In this document: positions 37,628 through 46,263 of the stretch, piece after piece
Position numbering within the stretch: the stretch's first letter is position 1
Layout: each line of letters starts with the position of its first letter
NCBI GenBank assembly: GCA_964603585.1
Contig: CAZRVK010000006.1
Location: 23,650 to 87,649 of the forward strand
Direction: 5' to 3'
Source of the DNA: an uncultured Planctomycetales bacterium
GTDB taxonomy: Bacteria > Omnitrophota > Gorgyraeia > Gygaellales > Profunditerraquicolaceae
DNA length: 64,000 nucleotides
Made by a program: the position numbers and the translations under genes
Notes under the pieces: generated by a model
The model's database searches: none
What the model saw: only the letters and a program-made list of their open reading frames with translations
What the model was told of the DNA's origin: nothing

Positions 37628-39094
37628 ATGATTTTTTCGATCGAGGCTGTTTTATTTTGGGGGGCGGCACTTATTTTCTTAAGTGTCATCGCCAGTAAGC
37701 TTTCTGATAAATTTGCTGTTCCTGCATTATTGATCTTTCTTGTGATCGGCATGCTTGCCGGATCCGAAGGCCCGGGAGGGGTTTATTTTAATGACCCACT
37801 GATCGCCAAGGCCATTGGTATCGTTGCGTTGATATTCATTATTTTTTCCGGAGGGATCAATACCCCCTGGAAAGAGGCGCGCCTGGTTTTATCGCGCGGT
37901 ATTGTTTTATCGACTCTGGGTGTTTTGGTAACGGCGGCCATTGTAGGGGGTTTTACCGTTTTTTTCTTAAAGTTCTCTTTTCTCGAAGGACTACTTTTAG
38001 GCTCGATCATTTCTTCTACAGATGCGGCGGCGGTATTCAGTGTTTTAAAGTCGCGAAAGATAAGCCTGAAGACCCCTTTAAAGCCTTTGCTTGAATTCGA
38101 ATCCGGCAGTAATGATCCGATGGCAGTATTTCTTACTATCGGTATAATTCATTTGTTGACCACACAAACTACTAACCTGGCATCCCTTATTCCTATGTTT
38201 TTTGTCAATATGGCTTTCGGCGGATTAGTCGGTGTCGGTATGGCCCGTGTAAGTATCTATGTGATCAATCGTGTGAAACTGGAGTATGCAGACTTATACC
38301 CTGTATTGACCATATCTTTGGTAATCCTGACCTATTCGATCGCTTCATTCTTTAAAGGGAACGGGTTCCTGGCGGTTTATCTTGTAGGATTGATCTTAAG
38401 CAATAATAATTTCATGCACAAGAAAACTATACTCCGGTTCCATGAAAGTTTAGCCTGGATTATGCAGATTGTGATGTTCCTTACTTTGGGATTATTGGTT
38501 AATCCGTCGCAGATAGTCCCGTTCATTGGGCCGGGACTCATTCTTGCGGTTGTGCTTATGTTCCTTGCCAGGCCGTTAAGTGTATTTTTATGTCTGGCGC
38601 CTTTTAAATGCGGGACCAGGGAGAAGATCATGGTTTCCTGGGTAGGTTTACGCGGGGCCGCTCCGATCATTCTGGCTACTTTCCCTTTATTGGCAAATGT
38701 CCGGTTGGCACATGATATATTTAATATCATATTCTTTGTTGTCTTGACATCGGTGCTTATCCAGGGTACATCCATACCATTGGTTTCGAAGCTATTGCAT
38801 GTTTCTGTGCCGTTGAGCTATAGGCGGCAACGTATGCTGGAGATGGCGGATGTAGAAGGTTTTGATGCAGAATTAACCGATATCATTGTCCCGTATGATT
38901 CAGAAGTTGTCGGTAAACGTATTCTTGACCTGCATTTCTCCGAACGCTGCCTGGTAGTGGTGATCTCGCGTGATGATAAATTCATCATTCCCAGCGGTTC
39001 AACTGTGCTCCAGGGTGGTGATGTGCTGCAGATAATTGCCAGTAAAGCGGATTTATTAAACTGCCAAAAGATGATAAGCCGGTTGAGTGATTGA
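37628..39094 (+). CDS. Monovalent cation:proton antiporter (NhaP/CPA1 type) with C-terminal TrkA-C domain
   Basis: 12-13 TM helices, GSEGPGG N-terminal motif of NhaP2-type K+/H+ antiporters, C-terminal regulatory domain. Confidence 0.7.
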   Translation: MIFSIEAVLFWGAALIFLSVIASKLSDKFAVPALLIFLVIGMLAGSEGPGGVYFNDPLIAKAIGIVALIFIIFSGGINTPWKEARLVLSRGIVLSTLGVLVTAAIVGGFTVFFLKFSFLEGLLLGSIISSTDAAAVFSVLKSRKISLKTPLKPLLEFESGSNDPMAVFLTIGIIHLLTTQTTNLASLIPMFFVNMAFGGLVGVGMARVSIYVINRVKLEYADLYPVLTISLVILTYSIASFFKGNGFLAVYLVGLILSNNNFMHKKTILRFHESLAWIMQIVMFLTLGLLVNPSQIVPFIGPGLILAVVLMFLARPLSVFLCLAPFKCGTREKIMVSWVGLRGAAPIILATFPLLANVRLAHDIFNIIFFVVLTSVLIQGTSIPLVSKLLHVSVPLSYRRQRMLEMADVEGFDAELTDIIVPYDSEVVGKRILDLHFSERCLVVVISRDDKFIIPSGSTVLQGGDVLQIIASKADLLNCQKMISRLSD

Positions 39095-39121
39095 TCGGCG
39101 GGCTGGTATTCTAAGGGGGAT

Positions 39122-39150
39122 AACAAACATCTTGACAGGGGGGGAGTATT
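39122..39150 (+). promoter_or_regulatory. Near-consensus sigma70 promoter (TTGACA-N17-TATTAT) with ~200-nt leader before 39351 gene
   Basis: Hexamers seen directly in 256-bp AT-rich intergenic region. Confidence 0.35.
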
Positions 39151-39350
39151 CCTTTATTATAAAACATCATATTTTCGCAAATGCCTAATTTTATTAATGT
39201 AAGCACGCGTGTTATTAAATATTGCATTATGAGATAATATGCTGGGATTAGATGCTTAAATGCTTGGAGCGCAATTAGATAAAATACCTGAATTCGGCTG
39301 TAAAGTCCTGATATTTATCCCTCCGAGGAGGTATTCTTTAGCAAGATATC

Positions 39351-40790
39351 ATGCCAAAGACTGATAGTGAAATTACACAAATGTTGGCTTACGTCCAAAA
39401 CAGGTTTGCCGGTTTTGGTGTAAGACTTCCTGCTTTAGATAGTACTTTGGCTGGTTCTAATGATCAAAATGAAGATGTCGGACGGGCTGTGAGCCTGATC
39501 CAGGCCTTCGGGAACAGTGTTTTTATTTCCGAAAGCACCCTTCAGGCAGACAGGTTAGCTGATCAAACATTGATTCGCCTTAATGTTGATGGCGTAAACC
39601 GCCAGGCTGTTGTGCTTGATATGAAGCGGTTAGTCGAAGCCGATAAAGAAAATGCCGGGGATAATTTCCAAAGTATTATTGAATCCTTACAAAAAGCCGA
39701 AGGCCATGCCTGTTTGATAATATTTAATTTAGAGAGGATCGTGGGAAATCAGCCTCTTGAGGGAATGTTTATTCCCTTTTTAAAGAAAAAGCCGGTACCG
39801 ATGATTGGGGTTACTGACCTTAAAGGTTTTTCTCAATTGGAGTCCCGCACAGATATTGCCGGGTCACTGCAATTTATCCTTTATGGTCATGAAGGGAAAA
39901 GGAGTAAACGTGATAAATCCGTGCTTATCATTGGTGCCAGTTCATTTTTTGGCCATGCCCTTTATAGCCTGTTTATCCGGGAATATAAGGCTGTTCGTGG
40001 CACGGGTTTTAATAAAGCAGGGCATTTTGGCTTTGATAAATTAGACGTTACTTCCGAAGATGAAGTAAGGGATTATTTCTTTCAGCATCCTGGGTTTGAT
40101 ATAGTAGCTTATGTTGCCGGTGAAGCAGATGCGGATTTATCCGAGACCAATCATGACAGAGCGCGGTTGCTTAACACTGAAGCAGTCGAAAGATTATCCA
40201 GGTGGGCTAAAGGGTGTAAATTTGTTTATACATCATCCGAGTATGTCTTTGACGGCAGTTCCGGGCCGTATGCCTCCGGATCAGCCGCTCGGCCGATTAA
40301 TTATTACGGGCAAACTAAGCTTGAAGGGGAACAGATTGCTTTAAAGTCTTTTGCAAACGCCCTGATTGTGCGGCTTGGGGCATTGTATGGTTATAACGGC
40401 CCAAATGATAAAAAGACCACTGTAAGTAAGCTGATCGCCGGTTTAGACAAGACAGTTCCTTTAGAAGCCGATAATCTTCAGATAAAGCATCCTATTTTGC
40501 TGGAGGATGCCTGCAGGTCATTATTGAAGCTTCTGGATTATGGGTTGACAGGCATATATCAATTAAATGGCCCGGAGGGGCTGAATAAAAAGGAAATGGC
40601 GGAACAGATCATTGCGGTCCGGCATGAAATTACCGGGCGTGTGTTTTCATACCCTGTTATCGGTATTCCTCAACCAGGGATCGCAGAAAAACCTTTGAAT
40701 ACCCATATGGTGAATGTGGATACACCAAGGTTATTTAAGGATGGTGTCAGGTTTTTAATGCAGAAACAGGCAGCATTCAAAGGAAATTAA
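39351..40790 (+). CDS. Two-domain protein: unknown N-terminal domain (~190 aa) fused to RmlD-like sugar-nucleotide reductase/epimerase domain
   Basis: C-terminal half has SVLIIGASSFFG Rossmann and RmlD substrate-binding-like region; N-terminal half has no motif I recognise. Confidence 0.5.
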   Translation: MPKTDSEITQMLAYVQNRFAGFGVRLPALDSTLAGSNDQNEDVGRAVSLIQAFGNSVFISESTLQADRLADQTLIRLNVDGVNRQAVVLDMKRLVEADKENAGDNFQSIIESLQKAEGHACLIIFNLERIVGNQPLEGMFIPFLKKKPVPMIGVTDLKGFSQLESRTDIAGSLQFILYGHEGKRSKRDKSVLIIGASSFFGHALYSLFIREYKAVRGTGFNKAGHFGFDKLDVTSEDEVRDYFFQHPGFDIVAYVAGEADADLSETNHDRARLLNTEAVERLSRWAKGCKFVYTSSEYVFDGSSGPYASGSAARPINYYGQTKLEGEQIALKSFANALIVRLGALYGYNGPNDKKTTVSKLIAGLDKTVPLEADNLQIKHPILLEDACRSLLKLLDYGLTGIYQLNGPEGLNKKEMAEQIIAVRHEITGRVFSYPVIGIPQPGIAEKPLNTHMVNVDTPRLFKDGVRFLMQKQAAFKGN

Positions 40791-40794
40791 TATT

Positions 40795-41919
40795 ATGAGC
40801 TTAAAAAAGCCGAATTTGGATAATTTTTGTGGAACGCCGCAGGCAAGTCGTTTAACTATTGAGGAGATAGATTTTGTCACTAAACTTCCGATTAAGTTTG
40901 TTGAAGGCAATTTTGCCGATTATATGTGGGGAGGGTACCACCTTTACGAGATTAAGGGGTTGCCTTATGACCAGGATACAAAGATTGCTGCGGAGTCTTG
41001 GGAGGTGTCTGGCCATCCGAAATATCCTTCGCGGATACAAATGCCTGACGGCAGGGTTTGTTTGTTCATGGATTTACTTAAGGACCGTGCTTTGGCGGAT
41101 TTAATCCTGGGTGAGGCAGTAGTCCAGCATTTTGGACAGGATTTTCCCTTGTTAGCTAAGTTTGTTGATGTGCATAAGCATATGTCAGCGCATCTGCATC
41201 CATCGCATAAAGCGGCAAAGGCTTTGGGAGAGAAAGACCCCGGGAAGGAAGAGGTGTTTGTTGTTATTGATGTGCATGAGGGGGCAGAAAGCGCGCTGTA
41301 TCTGGGATTGAAACAAGGGGTGACCAGAGAAGTCTTTGATATGGCGGTCAGTAAGGAGGATAATATTCTGGATCTGTCCCATAAAATATATGTTAAGCCG
41401 GGGGATATTTTCCGTATTCCTTCCGGGGTCCTGCATTGCTGGACAGGAGGATCTATCGCGGTTGAAATTACTGAATCCAGTGATCTTACCTATCGCTTGT
41501 ATGACTTTCGCAGGCACAGGCCTACGCATATTAAAAAAGGATTAGCTTCGATTGATTATATGTGCAAGCAGGGACTTGAATTGGAAAAGGAGTGCCGGGG
41601 GTATTGGCTGCCGATTTCGAACAAAGGCATTGATTTTGTCCCGACTCACAATTTCCTGAAAGTTGAACGCTTAAGTGCTGGCATTGAAGACCGGCCGGTG
41701 GAGATTTGTAACCGCGATACCTTTGAAGTTTTGATGGGGATTGATGGAGAAATGGAAGTCACCTCTGTCAGCAATCATTGGCAGGTATATTTGAAGAGAG
41801 GGAAGTCATTGTTAATCCCGGCGCATGCCGGCGATTATTTTGCCCGGGGTATTAATAAATCAAATAATAACCAGGTATTGAGGATCAGTATGAAGATTCC
41901 CGCAAAGGAAGATAGGTAA
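40795..41919 (+). CDS. manA: Mannose-6-phosphate isomerase, class I (cupin)
   Basis: FPLLAKFVD...HLHPSH zinc-ligand region and second His-containing cupin strand colinear with E. coli ManA. Confidence 0.7.
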   Translation: MSLKKPNLDNFCGTPQASRLTIEEIDFVTKLPIKFVEGNFADYMWGGYHLYEIKGLPYDQDTKIAAESWEVSGHPKYPSRIQMPDGRVCLFMDLLKDRALADLILGEAVVQHFGQDFPLLAKFVDVHKHMSAHLHPSHKAAKALGEKDPGKEEVFVVIDVHEGAESALYLGLKQGVTREVFDMAVSKEDNILDLSHKIYVKPGDIFRIPSGVLHCWTGGSIAVEITESSDLTYRLYDFRRHRPTHIKKGLASIDYMCKQGLELEKECRGYWLPISNKGIDFVPTHNFLKVERLSAGIEDRPVEICNRDTFEVLMGIDGEMEVTSVSNHWQVYLKRGKSLLIPAHAGDYFARGINKSNNNQVLRISMKIPAKEDR

Positions 41920-41920
41920 A

Positions 41921-43315
41921 ATGGCCAAACTGCTTAATCTGGAGAAGCGCCTTTTGGCGAAAGAATCCCGCTATTGTTCTTACGGGGATTCAGTGCATTA
42001 TTTAAAGAGGGCCAAGATTTTTTCTTCTTGTGAAGGTTCATTTTTATATGATCTCCATGGCAAGGCGTATCTTGACCTGCAGATGTGGTATTCTGCGGTA
42101 AATCTGGGGTATAAGAACAGGAGTGTCCATGATGCGGTTATAAAACAGATGTCCTGTCTGCCGCAGTTAGCCAGTCAGTACCTGCATCGTGAAAAGATTG
42201 AGCTTGCCGCCTGTCTTGCTAAGCAGATGCAAAAGTCTTTTCAATCCCGGGGAAGGGTGCATTTTAACGTGGGAGGCTCTCAAGCTATAGAAGACAGTAT
42301 AAAGCTTATCCGTAAGACAACAGGCAAAACGCATTTTTTTGCATTTTGCGGCAGTTATCATGGACGGACGATCGGCGCGACCGAGATCACATCCAGTTAT
42401 CGTTACAGGCGTCCCTACGGGCATTTTTCTAACCGGGCGCAATTTATCCCGTACCCCTATTGTTTTCGCTGTCATTATGGGAAGCATTTTGATTCCTGTA
42501 ATTATTATTGTGTACAGCAATTCGAAAAGTTATTCGATACAGAGTATAATTCGGTACTGGATACCAAAAGCGGGGAATGTGAATTTGGCGCTTTCTATAT
42601 TGAAGCTATTCAAGGAACAGGCGGTTATATTATTCCTCCTCCTGATTATTTTAAGCGGCTCAAGAAGGTGCTTGACCGGTTTAAGATCCTTTTGGTTGAT
42701 GATGAGATACAAATGGGTTTTTACCGCACAGGCAGGTTTTGGGCGCTGGAACATTTTGGGATCAAGCCCGATGTTGTAGTTTTTGGCAAGTCTTTGACCA
42801 ATGGAATTAACCCTTTATCCGGTTTTTGGGCTAAAGAGCAGCTTGTTAATCCAAAGGTTTTTGGTCCGGGATCAACGCATTCAACATTTTCCTCTAACCC
42901 GATAGGGACCGCCGCAGGAGTTGCAGTTATGAATTTGCTTGGGGACAAGGCTTTAGCCGCAAGGATCAATAATAGCGGAAAAAAACTCTTGGGGGCAGTA
43001 AAACAGCTTCAAAAGAAGTATCCCGAGATAGGGGACGTTTCCGGTGTAGGTTTAGCTGTCCGGATTGAGGTCTGCCAGAAAGATGGATTTACTCCCAACC
43101 GGAAGCTGGTGGACCAGATATTTCAGGCTGGGCTTGCAGGGGATTTAGAATATAAAGGTAAGAAATACGGTCTGGTTTTGGATGTCGGCGGACATTACAA
43201 GAATATTTTTACATTAGCTCCCTCCTTTTATATCAGCGATGAAGAGATTGGTTTGGCGTATAAGTTCTTAGATGAATTATTCGCGCGTTTTACCAGGACA
43301 AAACACAAGGGATAA
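41921..43315 (+). CDS. Class III (PLP-dependent) aminotransferase
   Basis: VDDEIQMGFYRTGRFWA, FGKSLTNG with PLP-lysine, GSYHGRT. Confidence 0.7.
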   Translation: MAKLLNLEKRLLAKESRYCSYGDSVHYLKRAKIFSSCEGSFLYDLHGKAYLDLQMWYSAVNLGYKNRSVHDAVIKQMSCLPQLASQYLHREKIELAACLAKQMQKSFQSRGRVHFNVGGSQAIEDSIKLIRKTTGKTHFFAFCGSYHGRTIGATEITSSYRYRRPYGHFSNRAQFIPYPYCFRCHYGKHFDSCNYYCVQQFEKLFDTEYNSVLDTKSGECEFGAFYIEAIQGTGGYIIPPPDYFKRLKKVLDRFKILLVDDEIQMGFYRTGRFWALEHFGIKPDVVVFGKSLTNGINPLSGFWAKEQLVNPKVFGPGSTHSTFSSNPIGTAAGVAVMNLLGDKALAARINNSGKKLLGAVKQLQKKYPEIGDVSGVGLAVRIEVCQKDGFTPNRKLVDQIFQAGLAGDLEYKGKKYGLVLDVGGHYKNIFTLAPSFYISDEEIGLAYKFLDELFARFTRTKHKG

Positions 43316-43353
43316 GTGTTTTTATAAAAGCTGATCATACCTATTAATACCAG

Positions 43354-44238
43354 ATGCATAAACCCGACACTAAAGAAACCAGGCTTATTGTCTGCGCCTG
43401 GCTGAATTTTGCCACAACCTTGGCACAGGCGCTCGGAGGCCTGTTTTCGGGAAGCCTTTCCCTTATTTCGGATGCCCTTCATAATTTAAGCGACAGTGCG
43501 GCAATGATGGTTAGTTTTTTTGCCTTGCGGCTTTCCAGGCGTAAAAGTAATGTCGCCCAGACTTTTGGCTATAAGCGCGCAGAGATCCTGGCGGCGCTTT
43601 TTAATGCCTGCACCCTGGTGGTTGTTTCGATATTTCTTTTTAAGGAGGCGGTTGTCAGGTTCGTTTCGCCTTCTCCGGTTAATAGTCCACTGATGTTATC
43701 TGTTGCGGTGGTTGGCTTGCTTGCGAATATAGTTTCGGTTTTCCTGCTTAAGGAGCATGCGCACTCGGATTTAAATGTAAAAGGCGCTTACCTGCATCTT
43801 TTCTCGGATTTTCTTTCATCGGTAGCGGTAATAATAGGTGCGGTTGCGATCTTTATCTGGAAGGCGTATTGGATCGATCCTGTACTAACAGTGCTTATCG
43901 GTGTCTATGTCCTAAGGCAGGGGTATCTGGTTTTTGATGAGAGTATCCATATTCTTATGCAGCATGTTCCCAGGGGGCTTGATTTAAAACTTGTCCAGGC
44001 AGAGATCGAAAATATCCCTGGGGTAAAAGACCTTCATCATGCGCATCTATGGGCAGTGGCCCCGGGCAATATACATTTCGAGGCCCATATAAACGTATCT
44101 TTTGATATGCCGGTCAGCCAGACATGCCGTTTGATGAATCAGGTGGAAGAGGTGCTCAAGGCGCGTTTTAGGATCAATCATGTAACCTTACAGATGGAGT
44201 TTGATTCATGTAAGGGGGTAACTTTGGTTAAACCATGA
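43354..44238 (+). CDS. Cation diffusion facilitator (CDF) family divalent metal efflux transporter
   Basis: 6 TM, HNLSDS...AALFNA motifs of CzcD/ZitB, C-terminal cytoplasmic domain with His-rich sites. Confidence 0.75.
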   Translation: MHKPDTKETRLIVCAWLNFATTLAQALGGLFSGSLSLISDALHNLSDSAAMMVSFFALRLSRRKSNVAQTFGYKRAEILAALFNACTLVVVSIFLFKEAVVRFVSPSPVNSPLMLSVAVVGLLANIVSVFLLKEHAHSDLNVKGAYLHLFSDFLSSVAVIIGAVAIFIWKAYWIDPVLTVLIGVYVLRQGYLVFDESIHILMQHVPRGLDLKLVQAEIENIPGVKDLHHAHLWAVAPGNIHFEAHINVSFDMPVSQTCRLMNQVEEVLKARFRINHVTLQMEFDSCKGVTLVKP

Positions 44239-44276
44239 GTAATGGGTTTTGGCTAAACAGGTTTTTGAGAATTTAG

Positions 44277-44305
44277 TTGACAAAAAATAATTATGGTGCT
44301 ACTAT
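44277..44305 (+). promoter_or_regulatory. Sigma70-like promoter of nikR (TTGACA-N17-TACTAT)
   Basis: TTGACA 44277-44282, 17-nt spacer, TACTAT 44300-44305, ~36 nt upstream of nikR ATG. Confidence 0.45.
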
Positions 44306-44322
44306 TTAATAAATCGTAGCAC
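44296..44322 (+). promoter_or_regulatory. Perfect 7-bp inverted repeat GTGCTAC-N13-GTAGCAC overlapping nikR -10; candidate NikR operator
   Basis: Seen directly; geometry (two half sites ~2 helical turns apart, 27 bp total) resembles E. coli NikR box GTATGA-N16-TCATAC. Confidence 0.45.
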
Positions 44323-44341
44323 TTAAACCTCGGAGTGTGGA

Positions 44342-44755
44342 ATGGCGCATTTAACCAGGTTCGGCGTATCTTTAGAGAAACAACTGCTTGTCCGCTTTGA
44401 TGCCCACCTCAAAGATAAAAAATATACAAATCGTTCTGAAGCTATCAGGGATTTGATCCGGGAAGGCTTAGTCAAGAAACAATGGCAGGAGAATAAGGAG
44501 ATTGCCGGCACGATCACGGTAATGTATGACCATCATAAGAGAGCTTTGGTAAATAAATTATTGGACATTCAGCATAATTTTACGGAGCTTATAATCTCTA
44601 CCCAGCATATCCATTTGGATCACCATAATTGCCTTGAGATAATCGCCGTAAAAGGCAAACCCAGTCAGGCCCAGGGCCTTGCTGATGAGCTGCGAGCCCT
44701 AAAATGGGTAAAGCACGCCACTTTGAATATGTCCACTACCGGGGTAGATATTTAG
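44342..44755 (+). CDS. nikR: Nickel-responsive transcriptional regulator NikR
   Basis: N-terminal ribbon-helix-helix (RFGVSLEKQLL...NRSEAIRDLIREGL) and C-terminal Ni-binding His/Cys pattern (HH..., H.HLDHHNCLE). Confidence 0.85.
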   Translation: MAHLTRFGVSLEKQLLVRFDAHLKDKKYTNRSEAIRDLIREGLVKKQWQENKEIAGTITVMYDHHKRALVNKLLDIQHNFTELIISTQHIHLDHHNCLEIIAVKGKPSQAQGLADELRALKWVKHATLNMSTTGVDI

Positions 44756-44864
44756 AAGAATCATTTTTTTTATCATTTGGTAACACAAAAAACATTAACA
44801 TAGCACTTTGGCCTTAGCGGTGATGATCGGGTCAAGCGGGCTAAAAACGGGGAGGATGAGCTGG

Positions 44865-46238
44865 ATGGGGATAAAAGTATGTTCTTTAATGGTATTAGGC
44901 ATGGTTTTTTTAGCAAACGGCACTGTTTTTGCCCAGGATATCTCGGTCCGTGAGGAGATCGCGCAGTTAAAAGCACGTTTAGAGGTGTTGGAGAAAAAGC
45001 TTGATCTTCAGGACCAGTGCATTAAAGAACAAAACCAATGTATCCTGGAGCAAAAGGAGAAAATCACCGTGTATGAAGGCCGGCTTAGCAAATTCGAGAG
45101 CCAGCGCCATCGCGAGGTCGGCTCACCCATTACGATAGCCGAGGGCCTGCAGATCGGGGCAGGGGCGACGATGATTGTCCAGGGGGCGAATAATATCAAT
45201 AATGCGACGCCTGGTGTAACAAGGAAAGAGTCGCAGACAGATGTTTCGTATTCTGCCGATATCACTTTAGCCAAAGAATTCGATAATCTTAACAGTAAGG
45301 CGTTTTTGCACTTAGAGGCAGGCCAAGGTGCAGGAATTGACGATAATTTAACCCTTTATTCCTATTTGAACGGGGATGCAAGGAATGATAACAATGTTGG
45401 TGTCTCGGAGTTATGGTATGAACAGGGCTTGTTCAAGGATAAAGCGGTTCTGACTTTTGGAAAACTTGATCCGACCTCATATTTCGATGCCAATGATGCG
45501 GCCAATGATGAAACCACTCAATTTCTGGGAGGTATCTTCATAAATAATCCTGTGATTGAGTTTCCGGATTATACTCCCGGTATCCGTATGGCTTATATGC
45601 CTTTTGACTGGATTGAGCTTAACTATGGGATATTCGATGGAAATAGTGACTGGGAAAAAATCGCAGATAACCTGCTGAATATGGGGCAGGTTGAATTTAA
45701 AACCAACTTTTTCAATTTAGCCGGACATTACCGTTTTCTTGGCTGGAATAGCAATGTCAACCACACCGAGTGGCTTGATGATAGCAAGTCAAAAGAGTCA
45801 GCATATGGGTTTGCTTTGAGTTTTGACCAGAAACTAAGCGATATAACAACTTTATTCGCGCGTTACGGCTGGCAGGATCCCCAGGTTTATAATCCAGATA
45901 TTATGGCAACCGGGGATGTGCAATATTCACTTGAACAGTCATGGAGTACCGGTTTACAGTTGCAAGGCAGTCTTTGGGGAAGAGACAAGGATGTTGTTTC
46001 TTTTGCGGTAGGACAGATCATTCCATCCGCAAAATATAAGAAAAGCGGAACTCTTCTGGACCCTGGAAGGCGCGCTAAGACAGAAGGGCATCTGGAGGCT
46101 TACTATCGTATACACCTTAATGATCATTTATCTATCAGTCCGGATTTTCAGTATATCTGGAATCCGTTTGGCAGGGATGTAGCCGATGATACACGGAGTA
46201 TATTCGTAGGTGGGATGAGGACACAGGTGGATTTTTAA
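44865..46238 (+). CDS. Outer-membrane beta-barrel protein (porin-like) with N-terminal coiled-coil segment
   Basis: Signal peptide ...ANGTVFAQD, heptad-rich segment, alternating amphipathic beta pattern, C-terminal aromatic (…QVDF); start ATG 44865 has GGAGGA RBS (ORF track start 44808). Confidence 0.5.
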   Translation: MGIKVCSLMVLGMVFLANGTVFAQDISVREEIAQLKARLEVLEKKLDLQDQCIKEQNQCILEQKEKITVYEGRLSKFESQRHREVGSPITIAEGLQIGAGATMIVQGANNINNATPGVTRKESQTDVSYSADITLAKEFDNLNSKAFLHLEAGQGAGIDDNLTLYSYLNGDARNDNNVGVSELWYEQGLFKDKAVLTFGKLDPTSYFDANDAANDETTQFLGGIFINNPVIEFPDYTPGIRMAYMPFDWIELNYGIFDGNSDWEKIADNLLNMGQVEFKTNFFNLAGHYRFLGWNSNVNHTEWLDDSKSKESAYGFALSFDQKLSDITTLFARYGWQDPQVYNPDIMATGDVQYSLEQSWSTGLQLQGSLWGRDKDVVSFAVGQIIPSAKYKKSGTLLDPGRRAKTEGHLEAYYRIHLNDHLSISPDFQYIWNPFGRDVADDTRSIFVGGMRTQVDF

Positions 46239-46263
46239 CTGTTTAAATAGTGGAGAAGAAGAA

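Noticed and set aside
44756-44864. Possible second NikR site upstream of the porin (GTAACAC-N13-ATAGCAC)
   Set aside because: Only one half resembles the nikR-promoter half-site, and the two halves are not mutually complementary. It is too degenerate to call.
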